A DNA stretch of 49,545 bases, the filler included, from Catajapyx aquilonaris (lineage: Eukaryota), in assembly GCA_000934665.2 (NCBI GenBank). It is 3 parts of 3 records of this genome, joined end to end, with 100 filler letters (N's around TTAATTAATTAA, not from the genome) between each part and the next. Parts side by side here need not be neighbours in the genome. Positions count along the whole stretch, not along the records: positions 1 to 16,404 come from JYFJ02007210.1; positions 16,505 to 32,909 come from JYFJ02007211.1; 1 more part is not named here. One strand, given 5' to 3'. The notes beneath the pieces are model-generated. The model was not told where the DNA came from and ran no database searches. It saw only the letters and a program-made list of their open reading frames with translations. The number at the start of each line of letters is the position of its first letter. Positions within the stretch are counted from its first letter, which is position 1. Of the stretch, positions 10,803 to 20,858 are shown one piece after another. Position numbers and translations under genes: made by a program.

Positions 10803-10967
10803 CCAATTTTACTACATCCTTGCAAATAAGTTACATGCGTCACATACATGTGTGAGTTCTCATCACCTGACTTGAGCAAAATTGGGCATTCACACAACAT
10901 GGTGATGAAACTGAATTTGTGCTCGTAAAGGTGTGAAGATATAATCACAAATTTGGTTAATATTTTA

Positions 10968-11297
10968 TTAATCAATCGCCGACTCAGCCATGGTGTATGT
11001 GAAAATAGCGATCAAAGCTATCAGAAGGAATATTAACACGACAATGACAAAGGCACGGTAATTGCATGTAATATCGGTTGTTCTCCAATCAAAGAAAGGT
11101 GTCGTCCTTCGACGAAAGATCAGGTCTGGCATCTGGTCCTCGGTTCCATATCTGGCAGGTCTGACCACTGTGTCGAGCAGTGTCGAGTTGGGTCCCTGTT
11201 GGTGACATTGGCTAGTCGATGGTGATTCAGGAGCTGTGTTGATTGACGAGTAATGTCCATGTCCCTTGTGATGGAAGGTTGACTCGTCGCATTCCAT
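10968..11297 (-). CDS. Gene C3: 109-aa tail-anchored DTVVRP-family protein with N-terminal MECDESTFHHKGHGH
   Basis: Paralogue of C2. Acceptor TACAG at 11300. C-terminal helix AFVIVVLIFLLIALIAIFTY. AATAAA overlaps the stop codon. Confidence 0.8.
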   Translation of the reverse strand: MECDESTFHHKGHGHYSSINTAPESPSTSQCHQQGPNSTLLDTVVRPARYGTEDQMPDLIFRRRTTPFFDWRTTDITCNYRAFVIVVLIFLLIALIAIFTYTMAESAID

Positions 11298-11620
11298 ATC
11301 TGTAGACTATACCAAAGACATGATTGGAAAAAATCAAGCGAGCGTGATTCGAGTAGACTTTTTCTCATTGGGCAGCGGGAACTGACCTTAAAATAATCAC
11401 AGCACAAAACTATACACTACGGTGCATCTGACACACTTTTACATGATGATTGAACAAAATCCCAGTTTTTACCACACGTGATGATCTATCACTAAAGGCT
11501 AAAAGTGACGTTGACAAGTGGCATACCTGGACTTGTTTCTAAGAGTCTACCAGTAGAGTCATGGCGGTGGCGGCCATAGTATTTCTTCCCCGATAGTTTC
11601 TAATCATCAGAGCGACCACC

Positions 11621-11641
11621 AGTTGCTTGGACACGTTATCT
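11621..11641 (-). promoter_or_regulatory. Conserved GATA-containing element upstream of C3
   Basis: agttgcttggacacgttatct, the paralogous match to 9629-9649. Confidence 0.55.
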
Positions 11642-11804
11642 GACCACTAATGTTGTCATGCACCTTTGTACCGAATTATCATGCAGTTCAACAGGCGACA
11701 CTACGGACCGTGTTAGGCATATAAAATGTTGATGGATACATTTCAAGGCCGACATACCTATTTAATTCTCGTGTGATTCAGTCTTTTTCTTCCATATTGC
11801 AACG

Positions 11805-12059
11805 TTACATGAATAGGTATTGGTCGATGGATCCGGCGACACCTGCGACGGTGGTGATAACTCCTGCAGTCAACACTGTGGCCAAAAGGTGATAGCCTGG
11901 ATGCCAGCGGTGATGGTGATGCCCGTGGCACCAGTGGGGACCGTGACGCCACGAGTGGTGATGGTGACAATACTGGTGATGGTGACACTCATGATGGTGA
12001 CCCCACCATCTGCGGTGACTGCAGTATTCCTTTGGCCTCGTTTCAACGTCCTTTTCCAT
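11805..12059 (-). CDS. Gene H3: 84-aa His/Cys/Trp-rich peptide (20 His, 4 Cys) with a moderately hydrophobic C-terminus
   Basis: Shares HPGYH with H2, the ttgg|GTGAGT donor (12126) with H2, and the double-GATA promoter. C-terminus LLATVLTAGVITTVAGVAG. Confidence 0.68.
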   Translation of the reverse strand: MEKDVETRPKEYCSHRRWWGHHHECHHHQYCHHHHSWRHGPHWCHGHHHHRWHPGYHLLATVLTAGVITTVAGVAGSIDQYLFM

Positions 12060-12173
12060 TGCTATCTGCTGCCTTCAATAATGAATAAGAAAAGTGTGCA
12101 AGGAACTGCGTGCAAAATACACTCACCCCAAATGGCTCCAGGTGCTATTATGTCCTGATGTTGCTCTTATAAA

Positions 12174-12200
12174 ACTAATATATTTGCCCTTATCTTATCA
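12174..12200 (-). promoter_or_regulatory. Double-GATA element plus TATATTAG upstream of H3
   Basis: ccttatcttatca at 12188-12200 with actaatatat adjacent. Confidence 0.65.
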
Positions 12201-12771
12201 GCTAGCTGTCAGCGATATCCTGAAGATATTGGTGACTAATTTTTGGCGCAGTACATTAATTCGCCAAAAGCAAGGCGCTATGTCATCATCCACACTTTGC
12301 CTGATGTAAATGAAGGCACTTTTGCGAGCAGTTAGAGCGCAGACTTTCCCTGATAAAATTACTAATATATTATTATTACATATTAAATTATTTTAAATAT
12401 TATTTCGAAAGTAATCCCCCCCCCCCTTTCCGGATGATGTAGGGCTATGTGTACGACTCCTGGCGAGACTCTAGTTTCTGTCACTCATGCACTTTTACAA
12501 TTACGCAACACTTACCGTACGTTGCACAAATTGCCCCAAACGACCAACAATGGTTTCAACACTGCCAGACGTTAGCTCAGCCTCTCTCCAACTACTCATT
12601 CTCCTTTTCTACATCTCACTTCCTGTAGGCCTACATGTGACCTTCACTTTATTACCTGTCCTCACCAGTGCTGTCCTCTGACATGCAACGCCACAAGCAC
12701 ACAATAAGGTGATACGTATGTTGGCCATCATATTTATTAAGACACACTCGAGTTATTTAATCAACTTTTAT

Positions 12772-13038
12772 TTACGTAAAGTCGTTAGTGAGTAGCCTGT
12801 GAGTGACCAGACACACGATGATAATAAATATGACAATGATGAGAGCAACGAAGGTCAACGTAGCCCGTTTCATTGCAGGGTTGGTAGTCGGTGGGATTGA
12901 TTGAATGTCGGTGTTTTGACGGGTCAAAGGTGGTGCCCCCGTCGGGAAGTACGGGGGTGGACGCTCCTCAGGGTATGAGATCGTGTAGGACGGAGGGAAG
13001 AAGTGCTGGTGGTCGCCTGATGTGGTCCACACCTCCAT
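12772..13038 (-). CDS. Gene D1: 88-aa tail-anchored protein with tandem PY motifs (PPSY, PPPY)
   Basis: Start MEVWT by alignment with D2. Acceptor TTTCAG at 13063. C-terminal helix ATLTFVALIIVIFIIIVCLV. Confidence 0.8.
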   Translation of the reverse strand: MEVWTTSGDHQHFFPPSYTISYPEERPPPYFPTGAPPLTRQNTDIQSIPPTTNPAMKRATLTFVALIIVIFIIIVCLVTHRLLTNDFT

Positions 13039-13313
13039 TTTGGATGGTGCATTTGATCTGAGCTGAAAGTACGGTCGTGGTGTGTGGGTCAAGTGAATGT
13101 CTGATTGACGTTCGTTCCAATCATGTTATCTGATTAAGAATCAATCTTGTTGACGTCAAAAACTGTCACACCATAGCCTTAATTTGATGTGGTAATGTAT
13201 TTTTTTTAAAAAAATAAAGGACAATGCGCTATTGTTTAGGACAATGAGCATGCTTTTGTTCCTAATTTTGGCCAGCCGATTCTAGAGAGTCGCCAAATTC
13301 TGACTTCACATCG

Positions 13314-13569
13314 CGTCGTCTCTGATTGGCTGGAGTAATAACATTATTGACTGTTTACGTGTCCTAGGGATGCCGCCATCTTCCGTTTCTATGGAAATAG
13401 TGGCCGGCTCTGACGTCACGGTCGACTCCGATTGGATGCAGCCGACTCCCAGCCAATCGGAGTCGACCGTGACGTCAGAGCCGGCCACTATTTCCATAGA
13501 AACTTAAGATGGCGGCATCCATAGGACACGTAAACAGTCCATAATTATTCCAGCCAATCAGAGACGACG
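13314..13569. mobile_element. Palindromic (foldback/MITE) insertion
   Basis: About 120-bp inverted arms centred near 13440. Absent from the duplicated copy near 15315-15345. Confidence 0.7.
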
Positions 13570-14279
13570 TGCAGTCTAGCCAATCCCGGTGGCGGTGGAG
13601 GCCATAAAAATTGATGTTTCTATTTTAGTGTTATCTAATTTTAATTGGTTAATAATAATCTTTCAGTAAGAAGCAATTGCAATTGCAGTAAGAAGCATTG
13701 CAAATAGTCCTGGATATATGAAAACATTATCCATATGAATTTACTGAAGATAATGTAATAATATTTATCAATGATTGATAAGCGTATTACCTGCTATCCA
13801 CAGTGCATAATATCCCATTTGAATAATTGTTTCAAAATGAATCACACCGTATAATTATGTGAGTAACACAGTGCGTGGTACATGTCACACGCGTAGGTGG
13901 CCACCTGTTCAATAACTGACGTTCAAATCAAGGTGAAACCGTTGTTGTGATAACATTATCAGGTGGAGATAGATCTTGATCACAACATCTTCTTCTTCCA
14001 GCAGATACCAGTATGTGAGTAGGTAAAGTCAAACTGGACAGAAACGGAAATGGAATGTTCCGGACTGATCCGACCACAATAATGTTCAGATTGGACAGCT
14101 TCCATATGCAGTTGCACAGTTTTTCAAACACTTTCTAAAACATATTTTTCTGTACATTTTTTCAGTATATCTCTAAAAACATGTTTTCTAACTACCTGTA
14201 TTTTTAAATGTTCCTTTAAATAAAACATCTCAGAAAAAGCACTTAAAAATTATTACTGTGACTTTAATACCCTTCTGCC

Positions 14280-14398
14280 TGGTTGCACCAACAAAATTAC
14301 CTGTCCGATAGCTCCTAACGGACCCGTAGCACATGTTAAAAGGTCTACCAATCTGTCCGTTAGGAGCTATCGGACTGGTAATTTTGTTGGTGCAACCA
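14280..14398. mobile_element. Short MITE with TGGTTGCACCA termini
   Basis: About 43-bp inverted arms ggttgcaccaacaaaattacc... / ...ggtaattttgttggtgcaacc. Confidence 0.65.
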
Positions 14399-14852
14399 AT
14401 GTATTATTTCTGGATGGTGCACCAGCAAGATAGTGGATTATTTCCACAAAACATGGGAAGATTTTGTTCAATAATCTCTAACATGGTCTAAATCCATGCG
14501 GAATTACCTGATGACATTATGTAATTTAACATGCTTGTATTAGACATAATATTAAATAAAATCAATATAATATTGTTCCATAATTTTTCATGGCTTCTTA
14601 CATATATTTTTGGAAAATTAATTCCAGTATTCAACTTGTAGAAAAAAACATTTCATCTTAATAGGCTAGGAAATTGGTTTATATAATTTAAAATTATAAT
14701 AACATGATATACCGTACATGTTACAATACTGTATACCTTATACGCAACATTAAGGACAGCTTTCTTTACTCGACGACACTATCGTGACGTCGTTCTCAGA
14801 AATATATTGTTCAGCCGTGGCACGGCGACAAATTTAATTAATGTTCCTGTGA

Positions 14853-15101
14853 TCATCTGTGTTCCAGAATCACGATGACAACAATTATGACAATGACGCC
14901 GAGAGCAGCGACGAAGGCCAACACAGCCCTTTTCATTGACGGGCTGATCGTCGGAGGGATTGATTGAATGACGGTGTTTTGATGGGTCAAAGGTGGTGCT
15001 GCCGTCGGGGAGTACGGGGGTGGAGGCTCCTCAGGGTACGAGATAGTGTATGAAGGAGGGATGAAGCGCTGGTGGTCGCCTGATGTTGCACACACCTCCA
15101 T
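14853..15101 (-). CDS. Gene D2: 82-aa tail-anchored protein with tandem PY motifs (PPSY, PPPY)
   Basis: Close paralogue of D1 with the frame preserved. Acceptor at 15126. C-terminal helix AVLAFVAALGVIVIIVVIVIL. Confidence 0.8.
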   Translation of the reverse strand: MEVCATSGDHQRFIPPSYTISYPEEPPPPYSPTAAPPLTHQNTVIQSIPPTISPSMKRAVLAFVAALGVIVIIVVIVILEHR

Positions 15102-16404
15102 CTTGGATGATGCATTTGACAGGAGCTGAAAGTACGGTCGTGGTCAGCGGGTCAAGTAGTGCGATAAGGCAGTGTTTTGACGTACGTTCCAGATTAAGAA
15201 TCAATCCGGCTGACATCACAAACTGTCACGCCATTCTTAAGTCGTAATTAAATTATATTAAATTAAGAAAATCAAAAGAACAAAGCGCTTTAGGCCAAAC
15301 AGTATGTTTCTGTTCCTAATTTTGGGCAGCCAATCCCAGTGGAAGCAGCGAAAATTGCTGTTTCTCATTGGGTTCATGGTTTAGGAAGCAACATACTATA
15401 TGGGTATCTAAAGATGCAAAGGTGGGACAGGTGGAGTCAGAAACGAAGAGAAAAATATAAGAGATGAAAGACTGGTCTGTCTCGTATCACAAAGACCTCT
15501 GCCAATGGACGAAGCTACCACCGGCATAGTTCTTGGGGTCACGGGAGAAACGCAAGCTCCCCCACCACAAGGTACATAGAGATACATGGGCTAATTAAAA
15601 TTGGCTGATAATATGCTTGCAGTAAGTCCTTCAACTACAGCCTACAGCATTGCAATAGTCCTAGATGTGAAAAGCTTATTCCTAGGAGGGTACCGGTACT
15701 GAAGATAATGTAACAATAAATTGATAAAGCGTATTACCTGCTATCCACAGTGCATAATATCCCATTTGAATAATTGATTCAACATGAATTACACCAAATA
15801 TGTGAATAACACAGTGCGTGGTACATGTCACAAGATTAGTTGGTCACCTGTTCAATAACTGACGTTCAAATCAAGGTGAAACCCTGGTTGTGAACTTGTG
15901 ATAACTTATCAGGTGGAAGTCGATCGTCACTAGTGATCACCTCGTGATCACAACATCTTCTCTTTCTTCCAGCAGATGACAGGAGTGAGTAGGTAAAGTC
16001 AAATTGGACGGAAACCGAACCGGAATGTTCCGGACTGATCCGACCACAATCATGTTCAGATTGGACAGCTTCCATAATAGTCCTGAGGATATGCAGTTGC
16101 CCAGTTTTTCCAACACTTTCTAAAACATTTTTTCCACTTTAAAACATGTTCTTTAAAATATTTTTGTCTAAGACATTTCCCCAAAAGACATTTCCTTATG
16201 GTCTACTGTTGGTAATAATTAACAATATTAGCCTACTAAATAAAGCGGACACTTCATTTAATTTGGAACACAGAAGTCATAGCCACTGATTGAAAAAGTT
16301 GATATAATATACTTGCTCTGATCTGAAAATATTGGGACACCCCCAAAAAATGGAGTGGTGGGGTTATACACAGGATGTGATAAAAAGTTTCCATTAAGAT
16401 TATC

Positions 16405-16504
16405 NNNNNNNNNNNNNNNNNNNNNNNNNNNNNNNNNNNNNNNNNNNNTTAATTAATTAANNNNNNNNNNNNNNNNNNNNNNNNNNNNNNNNNNNNNNNN
16501 NNNN
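16405..16504. other. Assembly gap with artificial TTAATTAATTAA all-frame-stop linker
   Basis: 44 N, a 12-nt linker, then 44 N. Confidence 0.95.
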
Positions 16505-18084
16505 GGTACGCAAGGTCAGCCCAGCGACCCCCACCTGGTTCCGTAGCCGGGCAACACCCCCCAAGCCCTGTTGCCGCTGACTCGACTCTGTTATCATGCC
16601 GCGTGGGTTGCTTAGGATAGCCAGGATAAAGCTCGTTTGCGGGGTGTATGAAACTATATGTCGTATATAGTACTTTATTACAATATCAGTGCGTAGCACA
16701 TTCCACTCATCATCACATTTCTTAACCTCCTTACTGTTATTTTTTTACTATGTCATTTTAATCTCCATTCTTTGTTTCACCTTTCCTCCTCTTTTCCTTC
16801 TACACGGGAATGTCACTACTAATCCGAGACGTTTGACGTGTTATACCCTTGTGTTTCTAGGCCTCCCAAATGGAAACACTACGTGACCACAATGTGTTGC
16901 CAGACCCACCAAATCGATTAAGATTTCGAATGAGTCATTCCTCTTGCATGAATATTTTAGGCGTTCATGTTAAGCGATTGCACTATTGTGGAATAAGCTT
17001 AACGGTAGTCAGGGGACGACGTTATGGATGATGTCAAACGGTTTCTTAGCATCCGATGGAAACAAATATTTTGAGACTCCTTGACCTAGAGGAGGTAGAA
17101 ATACGATAGTTGCCGGTTGAAGTTGTTAAGTGTTGGTTTTAGGCAGTCCTTATGTAGGCAATATGGAAGCAAAATATTGGAGGAGTTGGTCAATTCGGCG
17201 AAAGCAGGTAACATACCGACGGGCTTTTCCATTTTCACTTTGAAATTATGTGGTCGAAGCCTTAAGCGTATAGCCATGAATGGCATCTATGTTTTATTTC
17301 TGCGCGTGATTTTAATATTCTTATCCATTTTACGACTACATGCTTTTAATGCTCCCAAGCGACTCATCCGTGGCTGACATATATTTATTTTTGCCATTTT
17401 CTTTGACAGCTGGTGATTTGGATCTGGGGTAAGTGAGCACAAGTTCTTGCCAAAAAATATGGTAATAATTTTCAAATGATAAATTATTATTAGACATTAG
17501 ACTGAGATGTAGTGATGCTTCTGTGCCCATGATTATTATTATTCAAAGGAGTTCTTAAATTTCCGGAATTAAGGTAAGAGCGTGCATTTTAGACAACAGT
17601 GGATACAAAAATTATTTTATAAACAGGAATGACCAAGGAGAAGAGTTTTAAGTTTACTTAAGTACAGGAAGAATCAAATGTGGTAAAAATGGAATAAATT
17701 TGAAAAGTGAAAAGTGAGAAAAGGACACAGTAACAAAAACGTGTTTCTTTCATTTTTATGTACTGTCCATATTACAGTCTTAACATAATGTGTAGCCTAT
17801 GTCGTGTATGACCATACTGCATTCAAGTCTATAGGCCTACATAAAACTTCCCAAATTCGTGACTAAGAGATTAATCTTACTGAATTTGTTACTGTTGACG
17901 GTGAAGAACAAGCAAGAAGTAAATCTGGCAGTTGGAAGGTTACTATTATATAGTGACTACAAATAAAATATAATTTTCTTGATTCTATCTAGAAGGCTAG
18001 ATGTCTGTTTTCGGAATGATTACACAAAGGAACTTTAAGCATTTTTGTTGGTACCGTGGAAGTTGGACCCACTAGTGCGTAGGC

Positions 18085-18592
18085 TATATTTGGGGCGTTG
18101 ATTCTGAATATGGCATCGGTTTTGTTGTATCTGCTCTAGTTTTGGAGATACGCTGCCTGGCGAGTGTTGGTATAGTCCTACCACCACATTGGTAGAACTC
18201 TGAATATGAGGGCTCTGATTTTAGTGACTTAAGTGCATGACTGACTCCCTGACTTCCATAAGACTTCCATATAAGACTTCCTCCAATGTGTATGAGAGAC
18301 TTCCTAATTGGCTTACCCCTTGTCTGAGTGGGTTTGCTGTATTTAAAAACACATTCAGTTAAACAGAGGGGTAGTGGGTGGTGAAATTACAGAGCGAAGT
18401 GAGAAATTCCAACCTTACTCACCATTTTGCCTAGCGCCAATTTTTTAACTATACTTAAAACTTGCAGTTAAGGATTCCGAATTTTGGCGGAAAACGTGTA
18501 GAGGGAGCATATAAGATGGCCATGCCATATCTCCAAAACTATAGCTGATGGGGAAAAACGGATGCCAGTTTTGGAATCAGCGCCACAGATAT
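18085..18592. mobile_element. Degenerate inverted-repeat element
   Basis: About 65-bp imperfect inverted arms (tttggggcgttgattctg...ttttggagata vs tatctccaaaact...gaatcagcgccacagata). Confidence 0.45.
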
Positions 18593-20080
18593 ACCTTGAA
18601 ATCGGTCTAACTTTCAAGGCACCAAAATGTGTGTTCCCCAGTGTTATCTTTATCATATACGGTACCGTACCTAAATAATTTAAATTAAGGAAACATAATC
18701 TAGTTGAGTATAGGCTACACAAGTACTGCTATCAAACTATAGTTATTCCTTTAAGATTGTTTTATACAAACGGCGAAGTTTAGGTAATTATATGTGAATA
18801 ACTTGAAGGGTCACTATCTCCAAACATTTTTTAGGTAATGCGCACGGAATGCGCAAGGATTCACTGTCCGAAAAGTGGGGAAAAGTGAAACACCTACTCC
18901 ACCCCATGTCTCCCTCGCTCACATAAGAACTGTTACTCGTGACGTCATCAGTCACCTGGCCAACAATAAAAGCGGGGCGAATTTCGGTTACGAAGACATT
19001 TCGGATGTCTAAAGCGTCTCAAACCAGTCAAATTTTTACAAAATTATTATTTGCCGAAAGCTTATAACTAAACATTAAAATCGGATTCATTGGTCAGGAG
19101 CACCAATTTTTTCTGCATTTTTGGGTGCTTGTTACGACATCACTTAAAATTTCACGACGGCGTAAATTATTACTCCCGAATGCAAATGACTTTTAAAAAT
19201 ACTATATTAAGAATATGAGAAAAGTACCACAAACATGTGTATAAGAGCAAGGTAAGAGAGAGGTCAGTTACACTTACACAGAAAAAATTTCGGTTCTGCT
19301 GTTGTTAGTTAGCGAGATTGTTACTCCCAAATTCTCTTTATCCCCCTCTTAGATTACCCTGTAGGACACTGGTCTTAAAACACGAAGCGGCATCATATTA
19401 TAACCATAAAGAAGTGTGATCCCACATGCTGACGTCAAAAATCAGCAGTGTGCTACGTGAACTAGAGCAGGATATTAAATGTTTACTAATTTGGCACAAG
19501 GCTCATTGCATGTCAAGACCGTCACTCTTCAGACACGAAATCTTAAAATTGCGAAAAATCTGACATAGATCTAGCACTCTAGCAGCTACAAAAAATATTG
19601 AGGTAGTATACTGCAGAAATAACTACTTAAGTCCTAAGTCGATGAGAATTATGAAAACATCCTATTTCTGGCCAGCACAGTGAGTTTATCCGTGGCAAAT
19701 TATTCTCCACATGAAAGCGACCATCTATGACCAATTGACCATGTATTTTTTAACATTCCAAGTTCCATTGGTTACTGTAGAAACGTGCCATGAAGGAGAC
19801 CTTGCTCAGAATGCGTAGGTATATGGAAACATGACAACAAGACAAGCCTAAATATCAAGCTAAATATTGCATATTGGTCAAACGGCAGCGTAACTTCCAG
19901 GCTCTAGAGCGGACACTTTATTGTCCACCTGGATGGGCCACACCACGGGCCACACTGTACAGTGTACAGGGTAGGCTTACCGGATCACAAGGTCGCGGTA
20001 GCCTAGACAAAATTACTATCTCTAGGTAATTTAAATTTGGTGCTTAAACTTATCGCTTTTTGCGTGCCACCCTACATTAA

Positions 20081-20578
20081 CCCTTTGACGGCGGGGTTTT
20101 TTGGGCCGTTTTTTTATTTTCTTATGAAAATTTGTAGTAGGAGTGATATTAATGAAAAACAATATGCTCCAATATTTATCATTTTAACTCGTGGAGGTGC
20201 TTCTGAATGTAAAATGCTGGAAAAATATTCATATACAGGGTGTTCCAGAAATTTTCTAAAAAGTGCAATTAACTTTAAATGTAATTAAATTAATTTTAAA
20301 TTTTAAAGTCACTCTAAAATTGTTACTATGGTTACTAAATAATACTAAAACACTGTACTATGAGAAATTCCTAAGAGTCCCACCCTGTTCTGACGCCGCG
20401 GGGGGTATGTTTAGCTCACGCTGGGAGTCGGAAAAACTGATAGCATGGCAGGTGAGCCCCCTTCCACGAGGTAGTAGGAGCAGTTCGAGCCTCAAACTGC
20501 GCCATTTCTGTCTAAACTCTAGCGCGCCCAGTTCAAAAACCCGCAGGACCTCATATGAGGCACGTAGCCCTCAAAGGG
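20081..20578. mobile_element. piggyBac-like non-autonomous element
   Basis: TTAA|CCCTTTGACGGC ... GCCCTCAAAGGG|TTCA. Confidence 0.55.
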
Positions 20579-20858
20579 TTCAATGCTAATTACCAAGTAC
20601 TCATAGGAACGTAGATGATGCTCTTATTATAATACATGCCTACTTCATTACTATACACTGAAGTTAACACACTTTTCCAGAGTAGGCTACACACTACTAA
20701 TATATTTTCAAGCTTGATGCCAGGCATCAAAGCCTAATCCCTATAATGTCTACATACACTTCATCATGTTGTTGTTTAAAATGCTGCGCAATAGAAAGTG
20801 ACTGAAAGTAAGTTAGTAACCATTGCAAAGATGCGCTTGAAATTTATTTCCCATACAG

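Larger units (their letters stand above)
12830..16130. repeat. Recent tandem duplication of the D gene and its upstream region (about 12830-14145 and 14885-16130)
   Basis: Long shared blocks, e.g. gcgtattacctgctatccacagtgcataatatcccatttgaataattg near 13782 and 15729, and ggaatgttccggactgatccgaccacaat near 14052 and 16022. Confidence 0.85.

Noticed and set aside
15866..16075. 69-aa ORF MEAVQSEH as a conserved gene
   Set aside because: Frameshifted in the duplicate copy at 13928-14105, with no TM or recognisable motif.
16449..16460. TTAATTAATTAA palindrome inside N runs (also 32954-32965)
   Set aside because: Artificial scaffolding linker, not biological.
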